NCBI GenBank assembly: GCA_036732245.1
Contig: DAINCT010000001.1
Span: 1-35,746, forward strand
DNA length: 35,746 bases
Source of the DNA: Chloroflexota bacterium
GTDB lineage: Bacteria; Chloroflexota; UBA5177
Direction: 5' to 3'
The position numbers and the translations under genes are program-made. Below the pieces are notes generated by a model. It did no database searches. It worked only from the letters and a program-made list of their open reading frames with translations, and had not been told where the DNA came from. Below are positions 17,985-26,114 of the stretch, in pieces; the first letter of the stretch is position 1, and the number at the start of each line of letters is the position of its first letter.

Positions 17985-18904
17985 TCTTTGGTACCGCCCG
18001 CCGTCATTCCACTGACGAGGAACCGTTGAGAAAACAGGAAGACGATCAGGACGGGCGCAATTGAGATGACCGTGGCGAGAGCCAGGGTTGGCAGCTCGAT
18101 CGTCTGCACGCCGATAGAGCTCGGGTTAAAAGCCGGAGTCGAACCAAGCAACGACGTCAGGCCGATCTGCATCGGATACTGGTTGCTCGACGGGAGCATC
18201 ACGAACGGCAGGAAGTAGTTGTTCCAGTTCTGCACGAAGCTGAAGAACGCTACGAGGGCAACCACAGGCGCGGCGAGCGGCAGGGCGATGCGCAGAAAGA
18301 CCTGAACCTCAGTACACCCGTCGATTCGAGCAGCGGCAAGGAGATCCCTGGGAACGCTGGTCGAGAAATAAATGTAGGTCAGATAGACGCCGAACGGAAA
18401 GAACGAGAACGGGAGAATGACCGCCAACGCGTTGCCGATGAGGCCCACCGAGTTCAACTCGAGAAAGACGGGCAGTACGAGCGCAGTGTTGGGAATCAGC
18501 ATGACAACGAGCGTGATCACCAGGAGGGCCTGTCTGAACCGGAATTCGGTGAGCGCCATAGCGTAGCCGGCAGGAATGCTGACCACGAGCACGATGACCA
18601 GTGCCGCAAATGCGTAGGAGGTCGAGTTGCCGAGCCAACCCACGATGGCACCTGACTGGAAGTCGACCAGCGATTTCCAGTTTGCAACGAACGCGTCCCA
18701 GCTTCCGAACGCGAACGGTGCCGCAGTAAGCAGCTCGTGCGGCGTCTTGCCCGAAGCGATGATCAACCACACGATCGGAGTTCCGAAGAAGAACGCGAAC
18801 GCGAGGAGCAGTAGCCCGGCCACGGCCTTGCCGCCGAGCGCGGCGGGATCGAAGCGCCGGGCGGCGTTTCGGTCCAGTCGAGAGATCTTCAGGGTCGCGG
18901 TCAT
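17981..18904 (-). CDS. Carbohydrate ABC transporter permease (MalG-like)
   Basis: Six predicted TM segments. EAA loop AARIDGCTEVQVFLRIALPLAAP. Confidence 0.85.
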   Translation of the reverse strand: MTATLKISRLDRNAARRFDPAALGGKAVAGLLLLAFAFFFGTPIVWLIIASGKTPHELLTAAPFAFGSWDAFVANWKSLVDFQSGAIVGWLGNSTSYAFAALVIVLVVSIPAGYAMALTEFRFRQALLVITLVVMLIPNTALVLPVFLELNSVGLIGNALAVILPFSFFPFGVYLTYIYFSTSVPRDLLAAARIDGCTEVQVFLRIALPLAAPVVALVAFFSFVQNWNNYFLPFVMLPSSNQYPMQIGLTSLLGSTPAFNPSSIGVQTIELPTLALATVISIAPVLIVFLFSQRFLVSGMTAGGTKE

Positions 18905-19839
18905 TACTGTTCTCTTTCAAAAAGGCCGCCACGGGCGACGAAGAATGCCGACAGGCCGAGAGATACAAGCAACAGCAGGATCGAGAGCGCGGCGGAGCCG
19001 TTGAAGTTGTTCTGCTGGAACGCGTACAGGTATGACAGCTGGTTCAGCGAATAGTCGTTACCGACAACGCCGATGCTCGCCTGCGATACGAGCTGCGGCT
19101 CGACGAAGAGTTGCGTTCCCGCCGCGAGCGACAGGATGACCATGTAGGTGATCCACTTGCGCATCATCGGAAGCTGAATGTGAATGGCCGTCTGAACCGC
19201 ATTCGCGCCGTCGATTCTGGCGGCCTCCATGACCTCAGTACTGATGTTGTTCAACGCGCCGTACATGATGACAATCCAGCCGCCGGCACCGGTCCAAAAG
19301 GCGATGATCGAGAAGACGACCGGCAGGTTTGCGGGAGAAATGGCCTGGACGAAGGTGTGCAATCCAAGAGCGTTGAGCAGAAATCCGACGGGACTGGCGG
19401 CGGGATCCAACACGAAGATCCACAGGACAACACTGGAAGCCCCAGCCAACGCCCCAGGGATATAGAAGATGAACCGGAAGGCGCTACTGAGCCAGCGGGT
19501 CTTGACGGCGTGCACCACGAGCGCGAGAACCACCACAAGCACGAGCAGACTGACGAGCCAGATGACGATGTACGCGGCGACGTGCCCGACCGCGGGCAGG
19601 AACCGGAAGTCCTTCACAACCTGCGTGAAGTTGGCGATCCCGGCGAATCCGCCGTCCGCCGTGGTCAGTGAGAGATACAGGGCGTAGAGGGCCGGCACGA
19701 TCCCAAATGCAAAGAGGAGCAGCGTGTAGCCGGAAACGAACAGGTAACCCATGGGAGACCGGGTGGGGTTTGAGCGGTGCGGCCGTGGCCGGCTCTGCTG
19801 TGAAACAGAGCCGGCCACGGTTGTTGGAACTGAGGTCAC
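18904..19839 (-). CDS. Carbohydrate ABC transporter permease (MalF-like)
   Basis: EAA loop EAARIDGANAVQTAIHIQLPMMR. Start set to GTG 19839, which overlaps the TGA of the SBP gene (GTGA). ATG 19752 is an alternative start. Confidence 0.8.
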   Translation of the reverse strand: MTSVPTTVAGSVSQQSRPRPHRSNPTRSPMGYLFVSGYTLLLFAFGIVPALYALYLSLTTADGGFAGIANFTQVVKDFRFLPAVGHVAAYIVIWLVSLLVLVVVLALVVHAVKTRWLSSAFRFIFYIPGALAGASSVVLWIFVLDPAASPVGFLLNALGLHTFVQAISPANLPVVFSIIAFWTGAGGWIVIMYGALNNISTEVMEAARIDGANAVQTAIHIQLPMMRKWITYMVILSLAAGTQLFVEPQLVSQASIGVVGNDYSLNQLSYLYAFQQNNFNGSAALSILLLLVSLGLSAFFVARGGLFEREQ

Positions 19840-21215
19840 TTCGTCGACACCGTGTATCCGAGGGTTTGGGCCTGATCGGAGATTGCCTGGCCCCACGCGG
19901 GAAGCAGGTCAACCACCTTCTTGCCGGCCGAGACTCCTGGAATCATGGTCTTCGACCAGATGCCTTCCTGGCTGAACTGCCCGGCACCCCATCCCGGCCA
20001 GACAACGCTCGCCGCGCTGGTCAGCTGGTCAAGGTTGGTGACGTAGTAACCACTCTGCGACTGGGCTGCAAGCCACGCCTTCTGAGCGCTGGCGTAGGCG
20101 GGAAGCCCTGGCGCTAGCTTGACCTGGTAGTCCGCTGCGGTCGTGACGAAGACGGCGAACTTCTTCGCCTCGGCGAGGTTCTTCGAGTGGCTCGAGATGA
20201 ACCAGGTCGCTCCACCGACGTCACCAGTCGCGGGTGCCTCAGAGCCCCACGTGAGCGGTGCGGCAACACCGATCTGGCCAGCGGGAACGTTGAGGCCGGT
20301 CTTCGAGTTGAAGATCGCGCCACCGAGCCATGCCGGTCCGGGGATCATCAGTACCTTGCCCGTGTACTTCTGCGCGAATGCCGGCGAGAAGAGGCTGTCC
20401 TGGGTGATCGAACCATTGGCAGTGAGGGTGTCCATGAGCTCGGCACCGCGCTTGCAGTTCGCGCTCGTCGTGTTGACCGTCACGGCCCGAGCACCCGTGA
20501 TGTCGTTCGCCTGGCACTTTGCGGCCCACATGTAAATCTCGGGACCCTCAAAGCTGTCGCCAACAGAACCGACGATGTATCCGGGGTGCTCAGCGGCAAG
20601 CTTGATGCCCAGCGCCTTGTACTCCTGCCACGTCTTCGGAACCGTATAACCGAACTGCTTGAACAACGTGTCGTTGTACCACAGCACGTTCGGGGCAAGG
20701 TCATTGCGGAGGCAGTAGATGTGTCCACTGACCGTGCACGGGTCAAGTGCTCCCGGGTTGAAGCCCGAGATCGTCGACTTGTCGATGTAGCCCTCGTCGA
20801 GGGGTGCGGCAAACGCCTGAGTCTTGCCGTCCTTCTGGCTGGCCCACGACGCGTCGTTGTTCTGCGAGGAGAACACGACATCCGGCCATCCGCTGTTCGC
20901 CTTATCGAACAGGTTCATCTTGGTCTGGAACGAGTTCGTCCCATTTGAGCTGCCGTCGTAGGTGACGATCTTGATCTTGTCTTTCGGGTAGGCCGTCTGG
21001 AACGCCTTGGCGGCCGGGACGCGCGTTGCGTCTACCCAGACCGTGATGGCACCCGTTGACTGCTTTGCCTCTGTGAAGCCGAAGCTGGACGATCCGCTTC
21101 CGGATGCGCCCGTACAAGCGGCGAGGAGTACTGCGACTGTTGCTGCCGAGGTGATGGCTGCGATGGTTCGTATCTTTCGAATGAAAGACGGTGGATTGGA
21201 ATGCTGGCTAACCAT
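19836..21215 (-). CDS. ABC transporter extracellular solute-binding lipoprotein (sugar type)
   Basis: Lipobox VLLAAC followed by an S/G-rich linker. The size and composition are typical of family 1 SBPs. Confidence 0.85.
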   Translation of the reverse strand: MVSQHSNPPSFIRKIRTIAAITSAATVAVLLAACTGASGSGSSSFGFTEAKQSTGAITVWVDATRVPAAKAFQTAYPKDKIKIVTYDGSSNGTNSFQTKMNLFDKANSGWPDVVFSSQNNDASWASQKDGKTQAFAAPLDEGYIDKSTISGFNPGALDPCTVSGHIYCLRNDLAPNVLWYNDTLFKQFGYTVPKTWQEYKALGIKLAAEHPGYIVGSVGDSFEGPEIYMWAAKCQANDITGARAVTVNTTSANCKRGAELMDTLTANGSITQDSLFSPAFAQKYTGKVLMIPGPAWLGGAIFNSKTGLNVPAGQIGVAAPLTWGSEAPATGDVGGATWFISSHSKNLAEAKKFAVFVTTAADYQVKLAPGLPAYASAQKAWLAAQSQSGYYVTNLDQLTSAASVVWPGWGAGQFSQEGIWSKTMIPGVSAGKKVVDLLPAWGQAISDQAQTLGYTVSTK

Positions 21216-21302
21216 GGCACTGTCCTTTTCTTGGTCGACGTCGTTGACGACTTGTGCCTGCCGGGATTGCAGGCGTTCGCAATTCCATCATACATGTGAC
21301 GT

Positions 21303-21860
21303 ATGCTGCAATCGCGATCTCGATTCGGCGATCGTCGTTATGCCTGGGCACGGGCACGCATCAACGGCGCACGCGACCCGGAGGTCGAGTACTGGCTCCT
21401 CGCTAGACGCAGCCTCGCCGACCCGACCGAGATCGCGTACTACCTCTGCCACGGACCCAAACGAGTAGCACTGGCCGACCTGGCCCGGGCCGCCGGAGCA
21501 CGGTGGGCGATCGAGGAAACCTTCCAGACCAGCAAAGGGGAGACAGGCCTCGATCACTACCAGGTCCGCCAGTACACGAGCTGGTACAGACACATCACCC
21601 TCTCGATGCTCGCGCACGCATTCCTGACCGTCACCCGGTCAAAAAACGGGGCTCTCATTCAGATGGCGGCGACCTCATCGCCCTGAGCCTGCCCGAGATC
21701 AGACGCCTACTCGTCTGCCTGAACTTCACCCAGCCACTTCGCCCCGAACACATCCTGATCCGCCAAGCGAATGCGGCACAGCAGGCTCCACGCGCTCCGC
21801 GGAGACGACCAGCCACGTTGGGTAACGAGTCGCGCCGCCTTTCGAGAATGCCGGCATTGG
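21303..21860 (+). pseudogene. IS701-like DDE transposase, C-terminal fragment with frameshift at A6 run (21641-21646)
   Basis: ...ARWAIEETFQTSKGETGLDHYQVRQYTSWYRHITLSMLAHAFLTV..., then continues in another frame (GDLIALSLPEIRRLL...PEHIL...). The N-terminal two thirds are absent. Confidence 0.7.
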
Positions 21861-21866
21861 CGATCC

Positions 21867-22841
21867 CTAGCCGCGCGTCCTCGAGGTGATGACGACTCGA
21901 TTCGCGCGAGAGAGGACGGGGCTGAGCCGTACGCTTCGCACCGCGATGCCGACCACCAGGGTGCTCACCGCGGCGACCAGCAGCCAAGCTAGTGCCTGCC
22001 ACCCGAACGGCTGGACGACAGCGAGCCATTCGATGATGTACATCGCGGCGGCGGCGACCGGGAAGGTGAACGACCAGAAGCCCATGCCGAACGGCAGCGC
22101 GAGGTATCTCGGTACGAGCGCGAGTTGCATCAGGATAACGATGACGGCCAACCCTGCGATCGACAGCGCCATGCGGTCGATGGTGTGCCCGTTGATCGCG
22201 AACCAGGCCAGCCCCGCCACCGCCGGTGGGGCCAGCAGGATCGTCAGCGTGGGGGTAAGCGCATCGGGAAGGGCCGCGTGGATCAGAATCCGGGCGATCA
22301 CGATCGCGCCGGTCACGATCCAGAAGAAGGTACCGATCGCGAACATGGCGATCGCCAGCCCGTCCAGCCGGATCATCGCCGCAGCCAGGGACCCGACAAA
22401 GCCGAGCGCTACGGTCGGAAGCAGGAATCCGCCGTGCGCCGACTCGAGCGCCACGTTCCCGCGGAGCCAGTGCGCGAGAATCCACCCCGCATAGGCCGTG
22501 CCTCCTGCAAGTGCCACCACCACGATCGTCGCCCCGACTGCGGGAACGTACGAGGCAACGTGGGCACCGACGAGCATGACGGTCACCGGGACAATCGCGG
22601 CAAGCGGTCCCTGCACGGGATGCCGCAATTGGTCGATCAGTCGCTCCGGCGCATCCGCCCCCGCCCGGGTGTGCGCGACGATGAGCCACACCACCGCCGC
22701 GACCGCCACTCCCCACAGCACCTCGGCGACGACCCCTGGGGCATGGAGGTAGGTGACGGCCGTCGACCAGATCTCGGCGAGACCTGTGAGGCCGAAGGCG
22801 ATGGCGAAGGTGAATAGTGGGATACGGGTCGGCATGGACAT
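21867..22841 (-). CDS. TehA/TDT (SLAC1-like) family anion/dicarboxylate transporter
   Basis: 324 aa with about 10 TM segments. The N-terminus ...FAIAFGLTGLAEIW... and overall pattern resemble TehA-type proteins. Confidence 0.7.
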   Translation of the reverse strand: MSMPTRIPLFTFAIAFGLTGLAEIWSTAVTYLHAPGVVAEVLWGVAVAAVVWLIVAHTRAGADAPERLIDQLRHPVQGPLAAIVPVTVMLVGAHVASYVPAVGATIVVVALAGGTAYAGWILAHWLRGNVALESAHGGFLLPTVALGFVGSLAAAMIRLDGLAIAMFAIGTFFWIVTGAIVIARILIHAALPDALTPTLTILLAPPAVAGLAWFAINGHTIDRMALSIAGLAVIVILMQLALVPRYLALPFGMGFWSFTFPVAAAAMYIIEWLAVVQPFGWQALAWLLVAAVSTLVVGIAVRSVRLSPVLSRANRVVITSRTRG

Positions 22842-22890
22842 AACTGTGAAACTAATGCATATTTCGAGATTAATCCATTAGCCTTGGCGT

Positions 22891-23481
22891 ATGAGTCCTT
22901 CAGAGGCCGTAATTCCCGCTGGGGCCGGACGCGCCGCTGGCTTCACTCTCGTCGGCGAACCGCTCGCCGTCGACCTGGCGAACACCGTGAAGGTGGCCGT
23001 GACGCCGCCCAGGGAGTTCCTGACGGATGATGACGCCAACGAGGCGTTCTGGTCGATCCAATCGCCACGACTCCCCTTTTCGGTCTCGCCCGGGCTATCG
23101 GCGACCCTGTCCCTGCGTTCCGCTGTGCGAGCGGTACTCGAAGCGACTAGAACTCGATCGGCACCGAATCCCACGGACCTGCGCATCATCAACGACACTG
23201 CGGCACTGACAACGATGACTCTTGAGCTGGACGCCACAGGCACCTCCGTCGAGCGCTGGTGGGCGGCCACGCCCGATACTGCAAACCTGGCCGCGGTAGC
23301 ACGGTCCGCGATCATGGTCGCGGGCGGGCCGCACGCTGATCGGCTCCGCCAGTGCGCATCGCCGACCTGCAGCCAGTACTTCGTAGCGACAAACTCGAAG
23401 CGGCAGTGGTGCACTTCCGACCTGTGCGGCAACCGTCAGCGCGTAGCCCGATTCGCGCACTCACAAATCGGGGACCGCTAG
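22891..23481 (+). CDS. CGNR zinc-finger domain protein (ABATE + zf-CGNR)
   Basis: C-terminal CASPTCSQYFVATNSKRQWCTSDLCGNRQRVARF. Confidence 0.85.
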   Translation: MSPSEAVIPAGAGRAAGFTLVGEPLAVDLANTVKVAVTPPREFLTDDDANEAFWSIQSPRLPFSVSPGLSATLSLRSAVRAVLEATRTRSAPNPTDLRIINDTAALTTMTLELDATGTSVERWWAATPDTANLAAVARSAIMVAGGPHADRLRQCASPTCSQYFVATNSKRQWCTSDLCGNRQRVARFAHSQIGDR

Positions 23482-23976
23482 GTCCGCCGCGCCCGCGCGC
23501 AGTTGTGTTACGCGTTCGCGAAGGACCATGACGCTGCCCGCGATCGCAAGGACACGTAAGGCCACCACCAGCGCGGCCACGGCGAGCAGACCGCCGGCAC
23601 CATCAGTCGCCTGGTGCTGGATCTCGGCGATGTCGAACGCACCCGCTCCGATCGAGAACGCAATCACCAGCACGGCCGTGGCTCGTGCGGGACGGAACCA
23701 GATCGTCGCCGCCAGCACGAGGGACCCGACGGCCAGGCCACCAATGAAAAGTGGCGACTCGAGCGGAATGCCGAGCAGCGTTGCTCCCTCGAGACCGGCT
23801 CCCGTGCCGGGCTCCACATGCCCGTCGCCGGATTCGGTGTGCTCGCTGGTCACGCTGGTTTCGGTGTGCCTTTGAGCCGACTCGACGGTGATACCGACAA
23901 TGACGGGAGCGGCGGCGAGCAGGAGCAGGATCGCCACGATGCGCGGCGGCCAGCGAACAGCGGTCGTCGACTGCAT
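23461..23976 (-). CDS. Membrane protein, ~171 aa, 4 TM, with His/Glu-rich extracytoplasmic loop (HTETSVTSEHTESGDGHVEPG)
   Basis: Start set to ATG 23976, which shares a base with the TGA of the upstream Cys-rich gene (TGATG). The longer track ORF (to 24177) overlaps that gene. Confidence 0.6.
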   Translation of the reverse strand: MQSTTAVRWPPRIVAILLLLAAAPVIVGITVESAQRHTETSVTSEHTESGDGHVEPGTGAGLEGATLLGIPLESPLFIGGLAVGSLVLAATIWFRPARATAVLVIAFSIGAGAFDIAEIQHQATDGAGGLLAVAALVVALRVLAIAGSVMVLRERVTQLRAGAADLAVPDL

Positions 23977-24317
23977 CAGCAGACGCAGTTCACGTCGCCG
24001 CACCCGGTTACGCCCGCAGCCGCGGCACGCTTGGCCAGTTGCCGGCGCCGCAGCCACCACATCCCCAGGGCGAACACGCCCAGGCCGATCGCCCCGGCGA
24101 TCAAGCCCTGCTGCAGCACCGCCACTCCGGCACCCGTGATCAGGCCCCCGACGATGAGATACGGGAGCGCGCAACAACGCCTCCGTGCAGGCGCAAGGTG
24201 AGGTGCGTGGATGAATCGCGGTTGGCGCTGTGCCCCAAGCGGGTCAGGACCTCGTCGAAGCCGAATCGGTCGATCGGCGGTTGGCAGCGTGCATGTGTCG
24301 GGGATATCGAAGGCCAT
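23976..24317 (-). CDS. Small Cys-rich membrane protein with vicinal CC at the start of TM1 (RRRCCALPYLIV, MerT/MerF-like) and C-terminal CGDVNCVC
   Basis: ORF in track. CC-x2-P at the TM1 entry is the hallmark of Hg(II) importers MerT and MerF. The central part of the ORF shows a codon-position anomaly (see findings). Confidence 0.5.
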   Translation of the reverse strand: MAFDIPDTCTLPTADRPIRLRRGPDPLGAQRQPRFIHAPHLAPARRRCCALPYLIVGGLITGAGVAVLQQGLIAGAIGLGVFALGMWWLRRRQLAKRAAAAGVTGCGDVNCVC

Positions 24318-24324
24318 GTCACAG

Positions 24325-24355
24325 AGGTAAGCCCGTACCTAGGTACGGAATGCAA
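24325..24355 (-). promoter_or_regulatory. MerR-type promoter/operator: -35 TTGCAT, 19-bp spacer containing dyad TCCGTAC-CTAG-GTACGGG, -10-like TTACCT, 7 nt before the ATG (leaderless)
   Basis: Reverse-strand read: TTGCAT TCCGTACCTAGGTACGGGC TTACCT CTGTGAC ATG. Compare the Tn501/Tn21 Pmer as I recall it: TTGACT CCGTACATGAGTACGGAAG TAAGGT. The perfect 16-bp palindrome CCGTACCTAGGTACGG is at 24333-24348. Confidence 0.55.
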
Positions 24356-24641
24356 GTCTTTGGATCGACATCGATCGTGCGAAAGCGGATTGGGCGCCTT
24401 TGCGTCACCGGAGCGCATACACATGTTTACTTATTGAAAACATGTATCGACACAACCCACGCGAAATGCCCAATATCATAAATCTCTAATGCGCACAGTG
24501 ACCGGCCGTGGCCGAACGTCTTTGCGTGCGAGATTTCCGAGGATTTTGCCTCCCGCTGCGGCTAAACCTCGGGTGTAACACACTGTTAATAACAAATATC
24601 TATGCTGGGCAAATTCAATAACGCTGTGCTGGGGGCGGTTA

Positions 24642-26054
24642 ATGTCTATTCGTAAGTTGGGGATCCTCCTGGCTGTCTTGCTAATCGGTTCGTGCGTTGT
24701 TGTTAGCGCCTTGAGCGCACCAAGATCATCAGTCGCCACCCCTTCTTCAAGCAAAACGTTCGCGACGGGCAACGGCTCGACTCCTGGCGGTAGCCCCGCG
24801 AAGGGCGGCAGCGCCACGAACAGCAGCACCCCCACGAACAGCAGCACCCCCACTCCAAGCAGCAGCACCCCCACCCCAAGCAGCAGCGGTACCCCCACTC
24901 CTGGCAGCAGCCCCGCGAAGGGTGGCGGAACAAAGCCGGGCACCGCGAGTAGCAGTGGCGCGAGTAGCGGTGGCGCGACAAAGAGTTTCATGGGCAGTAA
25001 GACGGTGCTCATCGGCGGATCGATGAATGACACCTCGGCGGATGCCGCGCCTTTCGACGTGCGTTATGTCTATCTGCACAGCCCACCCGCCGCCGATTCG
25101 AGTTACTACACGGCCGCGAAGTGCCAGAGTGCATGGACGAGTTGGTGGGGATGCTGGCCCGGTGTCACCACGGCGCCGGGATATTACGTGTCCTGGTGGG
25201 ACAGCCATGTTGCCCAGGCAACCTACAAGGGCAGCCCGCGCCCCCAGACAATGTTCTGGACCTGGTACTCACTGCGGGACCTTGGGGATCTGGCGGGCTC
25301 CGGTGACGGTCCGGGCGAGGTGGTGGCCATCAACAGGGCTGACCTGCTCACCCGGTATTTGAACGACTACCGTTTCTTCCTCCAGAAGGTCGGCACAACG
25401 CGCAGCATGATCGACCTCGAGCCCGATTTTTGGGGTTACGTGAAGTCGCTTGGTAATCCGCATCAGGTTGCCGCGCAGGTCGCGGCTGCAAACCCGACCG
25501 ATTGCGGATCGCAGGAAAACAGCGCCACCGGGCTCGCCCAGTGCCTGATCGCCATGACGCACAAATATGCGCCGAACACCACTGTGGGCATGCACCTTTC
25601 CTGCTGGGACTGGCAGTCCAACCTTCAGGGGTGCAAAACGTTCTACGCGAACCTCGGTGCGCAAAACGCCGACTTCCTCGCTGGCGACGTGACGGACCGC
25701 GACGCAGGCTGGTACGCGCTGCCGGCCAACGGAGGCTACAACAACTTCTGGACCGACCAGAAGGCAGCTGCCTCGCTTGCTTTCGACAAGGCAATGACCG
25801 AGAGCGTAGGCAAACCGCTGGTCCTGTGGCAGATCCCGCTAGGGAACATGTCGCAGAACAACACCCTCAACCACTACCAGGACGACAAGGTGGACTGGTT
25901 CTTGGGGCATATGGACCAGGTGGCGAACGCGCATATCGCCGCCCTGCTGTTCGGTGCGGGGCAGGGAGAACAGACATCGGTCGAGACGGACGGCGGCAAT
26001 CTGATCAGCAAGACGATCGCCTATCGCAACGCGGGTGGTGTCGCGCTCAAGTAG
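24642..26054 (+). CDS. Secreted protein: signal peptide, S/T/P-rich repeat linker, ~340-aa Trp-rich domain (possibly glycoside-hydrolase-like; family not recognised)
   Basis: MSIRKLGILLAVLLIGSCVVVSALSAP signal. Linker SSTPTNSSTPTPSSSTPTPSSSGTPTPGSS. An AT-rich upstream region precedes the gene. Confidence 0.75.
   Translation: MSIRKLGILLAVLLIGSCVVVSALSAPRSSVATPSSSKTFATGNGSTPGGSPAKGGSATNSSTPTNSSTPTPSSSTPTPSSSGTPTPGSSPAKGGGTKPGTASSSGASSGGATKSFMGSKTVLIGGSMNDTSADAAPFDVRYVYLHSPPAADSSYYTAAKCQSAWTSWWGCWPGVTTAPGYYVSWWDSHVAQATYKGSPRPQTMFWTWYSLRDLGDLAGSGDGPGEVVAINRADLLTRYLNDYRFFLQKVGTTRSMIDLEPDFWGYVKSLGNPHQVAAQVAAANPTDCGSQENSATGLAQCLIAMTHKYAPNTTVGMHLSCWDWQSNLQGCKTFYANLGAQNADFLAGDVTDRDAGWYALPANGGYNNFWTDQKAAASLAFDKAMTESVGKPLVLWQIPLGNMSQNNTLNHYQDDKVDWFLGHMDQVANAHIAALLFGAGQGEQTSVETDGGNLISKTIAYRNAGGVALK
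24790..24930 (+). repeat. In-frame tandem 18-24-bp repeats (CAGCAGCACCCCCAC...) bracketed by two copies of AGCCCCGCGAAGGG(C/T)GGC
   Basis: Read directly from the sequence. Encodes the S/T/P linker flanked by two SPAKGG motifs. Confidence 0.8.
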
Positions 26055-26114
26055 CGTCGGATTTGCGCCAGGGAAACGGGCGGTCGTGACCGTCGCTTTC
26101 CCTAAGCTGGGCTG

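Noticed and set aside
24790-24930. Short tandem repeats that could be mistaken for a CRISPR-like or VNTR locus.
   Set aside because: The units are contiguous with no spacers, in frame, and encode an S/T/P linker within a clear ORF. No CRISPR array exists in the window.
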